Of a stretch of 56,858 bases of DNA, positions 1-12,712 are shown one piece after another (within the stretch, counting starts at the first letter, position 1; every line of letters starts with the position of its first letter). The DNA lies in contig NW_021833657.1 of assembly GCF_006345805.1 (NCBI RefSeq), positions 1 to 56,858 of the forward strand, in the 5' to 3' direction. Source of the stretch: Octopus sinensis (Eukaryota). Position numbers and translations under genes: made by a program. The notes beneath the pieces were generated by a model, which worked only from the letters and a program-made list of their open reading frames with translations, had not been told where the DNA came from and did no database searches.

Positions 1-1325
1 GGTTGTTGTAGAAATAGTTGATGGTGGTGGTGGTGGTGGCTGTAGTGGTAGTGGTGGTGGTGGTGGGGAGGATAGTGGTGGTGGCAGCAGTGTAGAAATA
101 GTTGATGGTGATGATCGTAGTGGTGGTGGTGGCTGTAGTGGTAGTGGTGGTGGTGGTGGCTGTTATGGTAGTGTTGGTGGTGGTAGTGTAGAAATAGTTG
201 ATGGTGGTGGTGGTGGTGTTGGCAGTAGTGGCGGTGGTGGCTGTAGTGGTGGTGGTGGTGGCTGTTATGGTAGTGTTGGTGGTGGTAGTGTAGAAATAGT
301 TGATGGTGGTAGTGGTGGTGTTGGCAGTAGCGGTGGTGGTGGTGGTGGTGGTAGTAGTAGTTGTGGTGGTGGTGGTGAAGGTAGTATAGAAATAGTTGAT
401 AATGATGATGATGGTGGCGGTGGTTTGATGAGTGTCAGGACTGAAAAGTTGGTGTCCTCGGTGGTGGTAATGGTTGGATTGTAGAAGTAGTTAATGATGA
501 TGATAGTGGTGGTGGTGGTGACATTGGTATAGTTGATGATGATAGTGGTATTGGCAGTGCTTGCTGTAGTGACAGTTTGCTATGTCGATGATGATGATGA
601 TGTCACAGTAATATGATGGAAGTTGTCATGGTGATGATGGTGGTGGTAGTGGTAGGGATGGTGTAGAACTATTTGATGGTGATGGTGATGGTGGGTGGTG
701 ACAGTGATAGTGGCTGCGATAGTTTGGTATTGTGTCGGATGTTGATGGCTTGATGATGATTTGACGATGGTATCTGGTGGTATAGCAATGTTGATGGTGG
801 TGGTGGTGATGTAGTTGTGATGACGGTTGTTATGATGATTGTTAATGATGATGATGATGATGATGATTAGATAATGGTATCTGGTGGTATGCTAATGTCT
901 TTTTTGTATGTTTATTGAGATGATATCACAATGGCTTGATGACAACGGTGAGGACGGTAGTGTTTGTAGTGGTGATGGTAGTGGTGATGATGGTGGTGGT
1001 AGTGGTGCTGGTAGTGATGATGATGGTGTCCTCCTCACTGGCATCTGTGTTGTGGTGATGGTGGTAGTCATTGTAGTGATAGTGGTCATGGTGGTATTAA
1101 TGGGTGTGGTGGAGACTGTCGTGGTGGCATTTGTGGTGGTGGTGGTGATGGTGGTGGATGTGATGTTGTGGTGGTGGTGGTGGTGGTGGTGGTGGTAGTA
1201 GTAGTAGCAATGGTAATAGTTCGGTGTTGTGGTGGTAGTAGTAGTAGTAGTAGCAGTAGCAGTGGTGATAGTTCAGTGTGGGAGAAGTGGTAGGTATTAA
1301 TGACAATGGTTGACGATGGTGTGGC
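1..1325. repeat. Compound (GGT)n/(GAT)n trinucleotide low-complexity tract
   Basis: Degenerate GGT/GAT/GTA triplets; the motif gtagaaatagttgatggtgg recurs about every 80-100 bp in the first 400 bp. Confidence 0.95.
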
Positions 1326-1577
1326 AATGTTTTTATTTTATTTTTATTTTGCTTACTTACTGAGATGCTGTCATAATAGCTTTATACTTCCGGTGATGAG
1401 GATGATGATGGTGTTGGTAGTGACCGTTGTCCAGAAGATGTGTTGATATCTTGGTGATCGGTGATGAAAAGGTTTTCCTGGTGATGATGGTTGCTCTGTA
1501 GAAACTCCCTTGTTAGTTCACGTCTTTGGCACACCAACATTCTTTGCCAGTATGCCAAAAAACCATTCTTTTTTTTT

Positions 1578-1962
1578 CTTTTACTTGTTTCAGTCATTTG
1601 ACTGCGGCCATGCTGGAGCACCGCCTTTAGTCGAGCAAATCGACCCTGGGACTTATTCTTTGTAAGTCCAGTACTTATTCTTTCGGTCTCTTTTGCCGAA
1701 CCGCTAAGTGACGGGGACTTAAACACACCAGCATCGGTTGTCAAGCAATGCTAGGGGGACAAACACAGACATACACACACATTTATGTATACATATATAC
1801 AACAGGCTTCTTTCAGTTTCCGTCTACCAAATCCACTCACAAGGCATTGCTTGGCCCGGGGCTATAGCAGAAGACACTTGCCCAAGATGCCATGCAGTGG
1901 GACTGAACCCGGAACCATGTTGTTGGTTAGCAAGCTACTTACCACACAGCCACTCCTGCGCC
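1578..1962 (-). mobile_element. SINE-A, full length (tRNA-like head, CORE-like centre, internal (TA/TG)n, CR1-like tail)
   Basis: Reverse complement begins GGCGCAGGAGTGGCTGTGTGGTAAG (A box) ... GGTTCAGTCCC (B box) and ends CAGCATGGCCGCAGTCAAATGACTGAAACAAGTAAAAG; about 20 copies or fragments in the window. Confidence 0.93.
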
Positions 1963-1974
1963 ATTGTAAACCTT

Positions 1975-2921
1975 TAAACCTTTCTTCTTATTCAGATTTC
2001 TCTGTCAAATGTAATGCTCGTTTATTCACATTGTTTTGAATTAATCATGCATTATCTCATAGCTTTGAAATTTCAGTGTGCTTGTTTACTTTTAGAATGA
2101 CATTGTAGGGCAAGTACGAGAAGTGAGATCTGGTCAGTTTGTACATAAAACAGGTAGAATATTTGGGTCAGGCATGGTTAGATTAACTTTAGATTACTCC
2201 GTCAAATGCAATGCTTATTTATTCCTTGTTTTGAATTAATCATGCGTTATCTCATAGCTCTGAGATTTTGATGATGTGACTGTCGTATATATATATATAT
2301 ACATATACATATGAGTGTGTATTTGTGTGTCTGTGTTTGTCCCCCCACCATCGCTTGACAACCAATGCTGGTGTGTTTGTGTCCCCGTAACTTAGCCATT
2401 TGGCAAAAGAGACCGATAGAATAAGTAGTACTAGGTTTGCAAAGAATAAGTCCTGGGGTCGATTTGCTCGACTAAAAGGCGATGCTCCAGCATGGCCGCA
2501 GTCAAATGACTGAAACAAGTAAAAGAGTAAAAAAGAGAGTTATTTATTTACATTGTTCTGAATTAATCTTCAAGCTTTGAAATTTCAACGATGTGATTGT
2601 TTAGTTTTAGAATGACCTTATAAGGTAAGATATAAGAGATCAGATTTGACCGGTTTGAACATAAAACAAGTGGAATAGCTTGGTCAGATATGGCCAGTTT
2701 GACCCTTTGGCATTCCGATTACTCTGTCAAATGCAAACGCTTATTTACCCATTTTGTTTTGTATTAATCCTACATTATCGCATAGCTTTGAGATTTTGCC
2801 TATATGATAGTTTAATTTCAGAATGAAATTGTAGGGTAGGTATGAGAGGCTGCATCTTGCCAAATCTAGCCAGGTAAAATATTTGGGCTGGATTTTGTCA
2901 CTTTAAATACTAAGAGGTTAA
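1975..2921. mobile_element. Three head-to-tail degenerate copies of a ~220 bp piggyBac-like MITE, the middle one interrupted by a SINE-A 3' half (2283-2540)
   Basis: Repeated block ...ctgtcaaatgYaatgct..tttattcacattgttttgaattaatc...ttagaatgacattgtaggg...; reverse-orientation homolog of 10932-11152; ends ...taagaggttaa. Confidence 0.75.
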
Positions 2922-3134
2922 AACTTGGCTCCTGATGCATTCATCAAATTTAACAGGTCTGTTATAAGACCAGTTGAAACAGATATTTGTAAGGAGCAAA
3001 ATGTAAACTCTTTGGAAAATATTGTAAATGATAAAAAAAAACACTTCAAATGATTAAGAGAAGTTAGCAGTGAAATTTACCATATATGAGTATATGTGTA
3101 AGCATGTGTGTTTATATGATTATATATTTATGTA

Positions 3135-3254
3135 TATCACCGTGACTGATTAGGCTATCAGATGTTGCTAAACATCACTAGTCACAATGCACTTCACATT
3201 GTTTTAGCCTTCAAATGACGGCACCCCCTAACCACTGGGCCATTGCGCCTCCAC

Positions 3255-3255
<1 letters not shown>
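3135..3255 (-). mobile_element. Internally deleted SINE-C (head fused to tail)
   Basis: Matches the head (TGGAGGCGCAATGGCCCAGTGGTTAG) and tail (GAAGGCTAAAACAATG...CTGATAGCC...TCACGGTGATA) of 48505-48803. Confidence 0.8.
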
Positions 3256-3290
<35 letters not shown>

Positions 3291-3294
<4 letters not shown>

Positions 3295-4332
3295 TTAAAA
3301 TTAGGATAAAATCTTAATAAGAAATTATCAGGTAGTTAGCGTGAAAACCTCATAAGAGAAAAATATATATATATATATATATAAATTTATATATAGAGGG
3401 CATTATACATACATGCCAGAGGGCATTATACATACATGCCACACGCTAAGAGGGACAATTAGTCATTTCTACCAAAAATATTACTAATCCCACCGAATGC
3501 AATTTTTCAAAGTAAGACATTTAAAAAATATAGACCTGATCACAGTGATTTCATACTTACGTATTCATCAGCAGGCCTGAATGTATCATAAATAAACGAC
3601 CCTGCCCCGCTTAAGCCGATCAGCTAACTGATCAACATCAACGAAGCACATGGGTGAGTTTATATATATTACATCCTGTAAATGGCATACTTTTACGAAT
3701 TGCATTTCGGGAAAGGAAAAGTTTTTTCGGAATAAAAATTTAGCAATTAAGGACAACTACTTAATAAGGAAAACTTAACAAGAAATTGTCAGGTAGATAG
3801 CGTGAAAACCTCATAAGAGAATAAATTTCGAAAATAATTATTCTTATTGAACATATTAATTATATATAGAGGGCATTATACATACATGCCAGAGGGCATT
3901 ATACATACATGCCACACGCTAAGAGGGACAATTAGTCATTCTACCAAAAATATTACTAATCCCACCGAATGCAATTTTTCAAAGTAAGACATTTAAAAAA
4001 TATAGACCTGTATCACAGTGATTTCATACGATGAATACGTAAGTATGAAATCAGTGATACAGGTCTATATTTTTAAATGTCTTACTTTGAAAAATTGCAT
4101 TCGGTTGGGATTAGTAATATTTTTGGTAGAAGAAATGACTAATTGTCCCTCTTAGCGTGTGGCATGTATGTATAATGCCCTCTGGCATGTATGTATAATG
4201 CCCTCTATATATAAATTAATATGTTCAATAAGAAATAATTATTTTCGAAATTTATTCTCTTATGAGGTTTTCACGCTATCTACCTGACAATTTCTTGTTA
4301 AGTTTTCCTTATTAAGTAGTTGTCCTTAATTG

Positions 4333-4335
<3 letters not shown>
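3291..4335. mobile_element. Penelope-like element pseudo-LTR array (direct plus inverted copies) inserted in (TA)n
   Basis: 3385-3556 is repeated at 3860-4029; 3741-4029 is inverted at 4040-4335 (~290 bp arms); hammerhead motif inside; (TA)n on both flanks. Confidence 0.75.
3532..3578 (-). ncRNA. Minimal type I hammerhead ribozyme motif
   Basis: Minus strand AGGCCUG-CUGAUGA-AUAC(GUAA)GUAU-GAAA-UCACUGUGA-U(A)-CAGGUCU; this copy lacks the one A seen in the sister copies (4004-4029 and 4030-4066). Confidence 0.75.
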
Positions 4336-4364
<29 letters not shown>

Positions 4365-4549
4365 TCATCGTTTAACGTCCATTTTCCATGCTAGCATGGG
4401 TTGTTCAATTCCTAGACTGGGTGGTGTTTTGAGATGTTGGACAAAACACTTAATCTCACATTGCTCTGCTATCATTTCAACACCTGATGCGTAGTAGACC
4501 CTGCACCTGTTCAGGCAACATCAATTTGGTGGTGAGAGTGAGCTAAGGT

Positions 4550-4862
4550 AGGGCACGTGAAGAAACAACATTCTAGTGTGGTCATTGCCAGTGCCACTGG
4601 ACTGGCTCCCATGCAGGTAGCACGTAAAAAACAGCTTTTGAGTGTGGTCGTTGCCACAACTACCTGACTGGCCCTCATGCCGGTGGCATGTAAAAGCACC
4701 CACTACACTCTCGGAGTGGTTGGCGTTAGGAAGGGCACCCAGCTGTAGAACCTTTGCCAGATCAGATTGGAGCCTGGTGCAGCCTTCTGGCTTGCCAGTC
4801 CTCAGTTAAACCGTCCAACCCATGCCATCATGGAAAGCAGATGTTAAACGACAACGATGATA
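4550..4862 (+). mobile_element. SINE-B body and tail
   Basis: Repeated GGCACGTAAAAA motifs, GGTTGGCGTTAGGAAGGGCA.CCAGCTGTAG domain, tail CCAACCCATGCCA.CATGGAAAGC.GA.GTTAAA(YGA)n. Confidence 0.8.
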
Positions 4863-4894
4863 CAAATCATTTGTGCAGGTCATTCAGCAAAAAC

Positions 4895-5042
4895 CTTCTG
4901 AGTTCTTTTGCAAGGTTTAGAAAAACTGAAGGACCACTGCTATAAGTGTGTGAATCTGGGAGGGGAATATGTTAAAGGAAGTCATAGCTAACTCATCTGC
5001 CTGTGTTTTCTTTTACCCAAAACCAGGAACTTTCCAGTATAC
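4895..5042 (+). mobile_element. Mariner-derived MITE fragment
   Basis: Homologous to 45820-46041 including the right TIR. Confidence 0.7.
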
Positions 5043-5775
5043 ATACACACACACACTAATGTATTTATATGTATGTGTCTGCGTATTTAGATGTGATTGC
5101 AAGACTGTTTGATAAAGTACTCCTTGTGACCAATTAGATGCCCATATTAGTAAAACAGTTACTACAAACCCGTCACATTTTCAGGATATTATTACAACCC
5201 CATTACATCTTTTAGGGACATCTCCACAACATCTTTACATCAATCACCTTATCTTTCTTTCTTATTTTTCCAAACATTGTGTTATGCTGCCAATTGAGTC
5301 TATATTTCTCGCCATTTAACACCTGTTTGCTTTGCTGCGTTTTGTGTTTTTCACTTCGACAGAAAGAATCTTTTCTGTTTGTCATGTCAAGAACCATTTA
5401 GTGATTGCCTTAATTCACTAAGTGCCGAAACGTCTGAAATTCTGACATAAATTGTTGCCATTAAAAATAAAATTTTCTGATTATTAACCTCATCTTTGGA
5501 GATGAAAGATTTCCTATTTGTTTTGTTTTTTTTTTAGGTTTTTGTTTTGTTTTGCATCAGTATTTATATCTACTCTAAGTCATCATCATCATCATCGTCA
5601 TCATCATCATCATCAGGGGTTTTATTTTATTCTTGGATAATGTTAATATTGAACCAATTTGGATTCAAGCTACTAAGAACCTTCACCAAACTAGTGAAGA
5701 AGCTTTACATTATTCTTGATAAACTTGCTTCAATGTGGAATTCCTTATCATGGAAATCAATGAGAAAATAGTCCA

Positions 5776-6198
5776 CGCAGGAATGGCTGTGTGGTAAGTA
5801 GCTTGCTAACCAACAACATGGTTCCGGGTTCAGTCCCACTGCGTGGCATCTTGGGCAAGTGTCTTCTGCTATAGCCCCGGGCTGACCAATGCCTTGTGAG
5901 TGGATTTAGTAGACGGAAACTGAAAGAAGCCTGTCGTATATATGTATATATATATATATATAAGTGTGTGTGTGTATATGTTTGTGTGTCTGTGTTTGTC
6001 CCCCTAGCATTGCTTGACAACCGATGCTGGTGTGTTTACGTCCCCGTCACTTAGCGGTTCGGCAAAAGAGGCCGATAGAATAAGTACTGGGCTTACAAAG
6101 AATAAGTCCCGGGGTTGATTTGCTCGACTAAAGGCGGTACTCCAGCATGGCTGCAGTCAAATGACTGAAACAAGTAAAAGAGTAAAAGAGTAAAGAGT
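5776..6198 (+). mobile_element. SINE-A, full length
   Basis: Head, centre and (TAAAAGAG)n tail match the family. Confidence 0.93.
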
Positions 6199-6473
6199 AT
6201 CATTGAATTACAAATTAAGGGAAGGTTTATGTAGCACAATCCTTTGATAATAGCATGGCAGGGATGACTATGTGCATGTGTGTGTGTGTGTGTGCATATT
6301 TATTAATATTTGGCAGAAGCAACAGAGTGTCTCAAGATCCGACAGTTTCATGCCTTGCCACTTGCTCTGACTTAGAGCCACTCTGCTACTTCTGCTAAAT
6401 ATCAATAAAAATATACATATACTCATATTTTGAGTTCTATGTTTCCTGTTTGTACCAACATATATATCGATTA

Positions 6474-6952
6474 TTGTGTCTGGGGAGTGCGTTATTATTT
6501 TACACACACACTGGTTCCATTTCCACTCATTTCTTTCTTCAATTTTTCTAACATTTTTGTTGCATCTTGTAACCTTTTCAATAGTCGTTGCAACAAGTAT
6601 TGAAAAGATTGCAAGAAGCAAAGAAAATTTTAGAAAACTAAATAAGGAAATGAGTGGAAATTGAACCGGTGAGTGTGTTAAATTATAAGGCACTAAAAGT
6701 GAATGACTCTCCCCAGACACAATAAAATATGCTTCAATACAGGAATTCACATAAAGAATCTTGAAAGTGTGTATCATTGGCGATTATTTTCCTCCGTCTT
6801 CCCTTCCTTTCCTATGTTTCTGACGAAGAGCTCCGCTCAAAATGTTAAATCCTCCTTCTTTCTTTCCTTTCCTGAGTGTCCAGTAACACTATACTTGTTC
6901 CACGTCCTCGCGTTATTGTGTTTTCTCTTTGTGTTTCCATGTTTGGATTAAC
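6474..6952. mobile_element. Fold-back element (6474-6722) joined to a hammerhead-bearing pLTR-like repeat (6770-6952)
   Basis: ttgtgtctggggag ... ctccccagacacaa inverted arms; homolog at 22746-22937; the 3' part matches 26678-26880 and 33194-33398. Confidence 0.65.
6816..6850 (+). ncRNA. Decayed minimal hammerhead motif (family HH-4)
   Basis: GUUU-CUGACGA-A-GAGC(UCC)GCUC-aAAAuGUU-AAAU; GAAACG has decayed by CpG-type changes. Confidence 0.6.
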
Positions 6953-6986
<34 letters not shown>

Positions 6987-6994
6987 TATACATA

Positions 6995-7170
6995 TACATG
7001 AGGGGGTGCCGAAAGTTCCTGGTTTTAAGAATATCATGAAAAGCCTTCTGACTTCCTTTACAAGGCTTAGTAAAACTGAAGGACCACTGCAATAAGTGTG
7101 TGAATCTGAGAGGGGAATATATTGAATAAAACCATAATCAACTGATCCACCTGCATTTGCTTTTACAGGA
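6995..7170 (+). mobile_element. Mariner-derived MITE (left TIR and transposase C-terminal remnant)
   Basis: taYGAGGGGGTGCCGAAAGTTCCTGG TIR; internal sequence translates QGLSKTEG.../NKCVNLRGEYIE*, like a mariner C-terminus. Confidence 0.75.
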
Positions 7171-7184
7171 AGCATAAAGCCTCA

Positions 7185-7358
7185 AATTTAGGGGAAGGAA
7201 TTAAGTCAGTTTCATTGATTCCAGTGCATAACTGGTACTAATTTTATTGACCCAGAAAGGATGAAATGCAAAGTCGACCTTGGCAGAATTTGAACTCAGA
7301 ATGTAATGGCAGATAAAATACTGCTAAGCATTTTGCCTGGTGTGCTAACGATACTGCC
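7185..7358 (-). mobile_element. SINE-E fragment
   Basis: Matches 43680-43855 (ctggtact..ttttattgaccc.gaaaggatgaaa.gcaaagtcgacc). Confidence 0.75.
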
Positions 7359-7479
7359 ATAATAACAATATGTCATAATAACAATAATTATAATGATCTC
7401 CCAGTAGTATAATGTAAAGTGAAGATTGATGGTTAATTTTAGATTATGTGATTGTCCGATTATTTCCACGAGCACCCCA

Positions 7480-9146
7480 ACCATCATCATCACCATCGTC
7501 AACTGTGGCAATACCATTCTGGTTATGTTTATGTTCATCGTCACCTACATGGTCATCATCAGTGGTTGTTCTACCAAAGAGTTGTATCACACACCATTGT
7601 CATCATCATCATCATCATTGTCGTTGTAATCATCATCATCCTCATCATCGTACTCATCATTGTCATCATCATCATCCTCATCATCGTACTCATCATTGCC
7701 ATCATCGTCATCATCATCATCATTGTCATCATCATCATCGTCGCCATTGTCATCATCATCCTCATCACCATAAACGTCATGGCTCTCAACATCATCATTG
7801 TCATCATCCTCATCATCGTCGGCATTGTCATCATCATCATCATCACCGCCATGGCTCTCAACATCATCATCATCGTCATCATTCTGTTTAGCATCACTAA
7901 ATTTCGTAGTCATGTGGATTTGGGTTACATCTTGAGTGAATTTATTTCACAGAAACTGTAGGGAATCCTTATATATAAATGTGTGTGTATGTATGTATGT
8001 GTATACACACACAAATTCTTTTATTCTTTTACTTGTTTCAGTCACTTGTCTGTGGTCATGCTGGAGCACTGCCTTTAGTCGAGCAAATCGACTTCAGGAC
8101 TTATTCTCACCGCTATCCCCACAAATCATCATCATCGTTCTCATCATCATCCTCATCATCGTCCTCATCATTGTCATCATCTTCATCATCATTGCCATCA
8201 TCGTCATCATCATCATCATTGTCATCATCATCATCATTGTCATCATCATCGTGTCATTGTCATCATCCCCACAAACGTTTCCATTGTTGTCAGTCTTATT
8301 GTCATGGCCGATGCCGTCATCAGCACTGTCACCACCACCACCACCACCACCACCACCACCACAAACATTGCTGCCACCATCATCATCATCATCATCATCT
8401 CAACACCACTATCACATCCACCAAAACTACTACTAGTGCCACCACTACCAATACCACCACCACCATCGTCACTGTCATCTCCATCAACATCAACATAACC
8501 ATCATCATCGTTGTCATCAACATCATCTCCACCATAGTCATTGCAATCACCAATACCATCAACATCATCATCATCATCACCACCATCATCATCATTATCA
8601 TCATCATCACTACAACCACCACTACCATCACTCTCACCAAAACTACCACTAGTGTCACCACTACCAACACTATCAGCATTGTCTTGATCTCTGTCATCAT
8701 CATCATCATCAGCATAACTACCATCATCACCACCATCATCGTCACCAACATCATCACCACCACCACCATTGACTTCATCATCATCATCATCATCATTACC
8801 AACGTCATCATTATCATCATCATCATCGCTATCACCATCATCATCGTCATCACCACCACCATTATTGGCTTCGTCATCATCACCATCATCATCATCATCA
8901 TTACCAACGTTATCATTATCATCATCATCACCACCACCACCACCACCATCATTGACATAATCTTCATCATCATCATCATCATCATCATCATTACCAACGT
9001 TATCATTATCATCATCATCATCGCTGCCACCATCATCATCGTCATCACCACCACAATCATTGACATCATCATCATCATCATCATTATCATCACCACCAAC
9101 GTCATCATCATCATCATCATTGCCACCATCATCATTGTCACCCACC

Positions 9147-9180
<34 letters not shown>

Positions 9181-9181
9181 A
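7480..9181. repeat. Long (CAT)n/(CAC)n compound microsatellite tracts with a unique plus SINE-tail island at 7900-8110
   Basis: Direct inspection; source of the poly-His/Ile/Asp pseudo-ORFs. Confidence 0.95.
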
Positions 9182-9837
9182 TAGATTTCCCACCCGAAAA
9201 ATAAAAACTTAAAAAGGAAAAATAAAACCAAAAGTAAAAATTAAATAAATAAATAAATAAAATATTAAAGAACAACTAAAAAAACCACAAACAAAACAGA
9301 CAAAAACCGGCAGCAAGAAGAAATTTTCTCTAATTACATCTGTTTAATAAATGAATGTCTTGACGAGATAAGATAATTGTTTTGTGTTTTTAATTGATGA
9401 ATTGTGTTGGGTAATTTCTGTTCCCAATTTTGGTCTCTTTCTATCACATTTCTGTTCTTGTTGTTGTTGTTTTGTTATGGTTGTTGTTGTTGTTGTTGTC
9501 GTTGTCATTTTATTTATCTTTCCGTGTCTTGTTTCGAAAATGCTTTTCTTTTCTTTTTTTCTTTTGTGTGTGTGTGTGTTTTTTTTTTTTTGTGTTTGTT
9601 ATTTTTCATTTTGTAAACTGTCTTAAGAAATAAAAGCCAGATAACAATGCAGTTCGTGTGTGTGTGTCTGTGTGTATGCGTGTTTGTTTGCACATGCATA
9701 CACGCACATATATATGCACATATACACATACATACGCATATATATCTATAAACACACACATATATACATACGAATGTATGCGCATACATTTGTGTATATG
9801 TATATACACACAGATATAACATATATATATCTATATA

Positions 9838-10231
9838 GGTGCAGGAGTGGCTGTGTGGTAAGTAGCTTGTTTACCAACCACATGGTCCCGGGTTCAGTCC
9901 CGCTGCGTGGCACCTTGGGCAAGTGTCTTCTACTATAGCCTCGGGCTGACCAAAGCCTTGTGAGGGGATTTGGTAGACGGAAACTGAAAGAAGCCCGTCG
10001 TATATATGTATATATATGCGTGTGTGTGTTTGTGTGTCTGTGTTTGTCCCCCTAGCATTGCATGACAACCGATGCTGGTGTATTTATGTCCCCGTTACTT
10101 AGCGGTTCGGCAAAAGAGACTGATAGAATAAGTACTGGGCTTACAAAAGAATAAGTCCCAGGGTCGAGTTGCTCGACTAAAGGCGGTGCTCCAGCATGGC
10201 CGCAGTCAAATGACTGAAACGAGTAAAAGAG
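9838..10231 (+). mobile_element. SINE-A, full length
   Basis: Family match. Confidence 0.93.
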
Positions 10232-10259
10232 TATATATGTATATATTTAGACACATGCA

Positions 10260-10310
<51 letters not shown>

Positions 10311-10527
10311 ATGTAAAGATACAGTCAAGCATAGCGTTGATAAGAAATTAATTTTGTAGTCATGTGGATTTGGGTTACTGCTTGAGTGACATTGTTTCAC
10401 AGAAACTGTAGGGAATCCTTATATATAATGAGTATGTATGTATGTGTATACACCATAAGTCCTGGAGTCGATTTGCTTGACTAAATGTGTGTGTATGTGT
10501 ATACACACAGACATACGCACACATATT

Positions 10528-10862
10528 CTTTTATTCTTTTACTTGTTTCAGTCATTTGTCTGTGGCCATGCTGGAGCACTGCCTTTAGTCAAGCAAATCG
10601 ACCCCAGGACTTAAAAGAATATGTGTGTGTATGTGTATACACACATACATACACACACATATTCTTTTACTTGTTTCAGTCATTTGTCTGTGGCCTTGCT
10701 GGAGTACCGCATTTAGTCGAGCAAATCGATCCCAAGACTCATTCTTTGTAAGCCTAGTACTGATTCTTTCAGTCTCATTTGCCAAACAGCTAAGTTACAG
10801 GGATGTAAACACACCAGCATCTGTTGTCAAGCGATGTTAGGGGACAAACACAGACACACAAA
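10528..10862 (-). mobile_element. Two tandem SINE-A 3' fragments
   Basis: Tail reverse complement at 10528-10612 and 10664-10862. Confidence 0.85.
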
Positions 10863-10931
10863 CGTTTACATGCTTATACATGTATATATTTATATACATA
10901 TATAAGCCACTATTAATTCTGTTCTTGTTAA

Positions 10932-11152
10932 CCCTTTAGCATTTAAACCGGCCATATCCGGCCAAAAATATTCTACCTGTTTTATGTTCAAACTAGCCCT
11001 ATCTGGTCTCTCACACCAACCCTACAATATTGTTTTAAAAATCAACAGCTACCTCATCAAAATCTCATGGCTACAAGATAATGAATGATTAGTTCAAAAC
11101 AATGTGGATGAAGAAGCATTAATTTTGGCAGAATAATGTGAACACTAAAGGG
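10932..11152. mobile_element. piggyBac-like MITE (221 bp)
   Basis: TTAA|CCCTTTAG ... CTAAAGGG|TTAA: short TIRs and TTAA target-site duplication. Confidence 0.85.
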
Positions 11153-11503
11153 TTAAAGAATACAAAATTTGTATTCTTCCAAAAGTATTGAATAATTCTT
11201 CAAATTTTGCAAAATTGTTTTTATAACATAAGCACATACATTAAGGCATATATATATATATATATATCATATATAGGTATGTATGTAAGTATGTATATAT
11301 GCATTTGCATGTATGCATATATATGTGTATGAGTGTATATATATATGTATGTATGTAAGTGTATATATATATATATAAATGTATATATATACTTATATAT
11401 ATATATATATGTAAGTATGTATATACATGTATGTATATATATATATATATGTAAGTATGTATATACATGTATGTATATATATATATATGTGTGTGTGTAT
11501 GTA

Positions 11504-11542
<39 letters not shown>

Positions 11543-11616
11543 ATATATATATATATTATATATATATATACACACAATATATATATATATATATTATATA
11601 TATATATATATATATC

Positions 11617-11648
<32 letters not shown>

Positions 11649-12096
11649 GGTATGCATATATATACATACACACACTTAAATAATGAGTTTGACAGACGAA
11701 CACATGGGAAAAACAGAAAAAGGACAGAAGAGACAAAGACAAGCTGAGCGCTTCATCAATTCTCATCTAAATATTTTGATGGTTTTTGACACTTCTTCCC
11801 AGTGATATTGTTCAATTTAGCAGCATCAGCAACATAGGCTGCTACAGAAGTATGAATGAATGAACAGAACAGATGAACGAAGACAGAAAAAGACAAGATT
11901 CCTTCCCACTGCATGGCACTTTGGATCAGTGTCTTCTACTTTACTGCTGGGCTGACCAAATACTTTTGAGTGGGTTTGGTTGCCAGAAACTGAAAGAAGC
12001 CAATCTGTGTGTGTGTGTGTGTGTGTATGTAAGTTGTCTAAAAGTCCATAAGTTGGGGAAAAATGCATTTGTATATAATTTTATTTAATTTTTAAT

Positions 12097-12712
12097 TTTT
12101 ACTTGTTTCAGTCATTTGACTGTGGCCATGCTGGAGCACTGCCTTTAATCGAGCAACTCGACCCCGGGACTTATTCTTTTGTAAGCCCAGTACTTATTCT
12201 ATCTGTCTCTTTTGCCGAACTGCGAAGTGACGGGGACATAAACACACCATGGTTCCGGGTTCAGTCCCACTGCGTGGTATCTTGGACAAGTGTCTTCTGC
12301 TATACCCCCGGGCCGATCAAAGCCTTGTGAGTGGATTTGGTAGACGGAAACTGAAAGAAGCCTGTTGTATATATGTATATATATGTATGTGTGTGTGTTT
12401 GTGTGTCTGTGTTTGTCCCCCTAGCATTGCTTGACAACCGATGCTGGTGTGTTTACATCCCCGTTACTTAGCGGTTCAGCAAAAGAGACCGATAGAATAA
12501 GTACTGGGCATACAAAGAATAAGTCCCGGAGTCGATTTGCTCGACTAAAGGCGGTGCTCCAGCATGACCGCAGTCAAATGACTGAAACAAGTAAGAATAA
12601 AAGAATATGTGTGTGTGTGTAAAAGACACTTGTCCAAGGCACCACACAGTGGAACTGAACCCAGAACCATTTGATTGGGAAGCAAACATCGTACCACATA
12701 GCCACAGCTAAC
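12097..12712. mobile_element. Rearranged SINE-A cluster: minus tail (12097-12247), plus copy lacking its extreme 5' end (12248-12604), minus head (12622-12712)
   Basis: Family matches in alternating orientation. Confidence 0.85.

Noticed and set aside
1382-2039. Recurrent peptides MTTDAGVF..., MSSNARGTNTD..., MVPGSVPLRG... seen many times in the ORF track
   Set aside because: Translations of SINE-A, not a gene family
7426-9193. Poly-His/Ile/Asp/Met ORFs up to 401 aa (similar ones at 892-1327, 13215-13812, 30914-32243, 39669-40200, 40541-41257, 47835-48268)
   Set aside because: Translations of trinucleotide microsatellites
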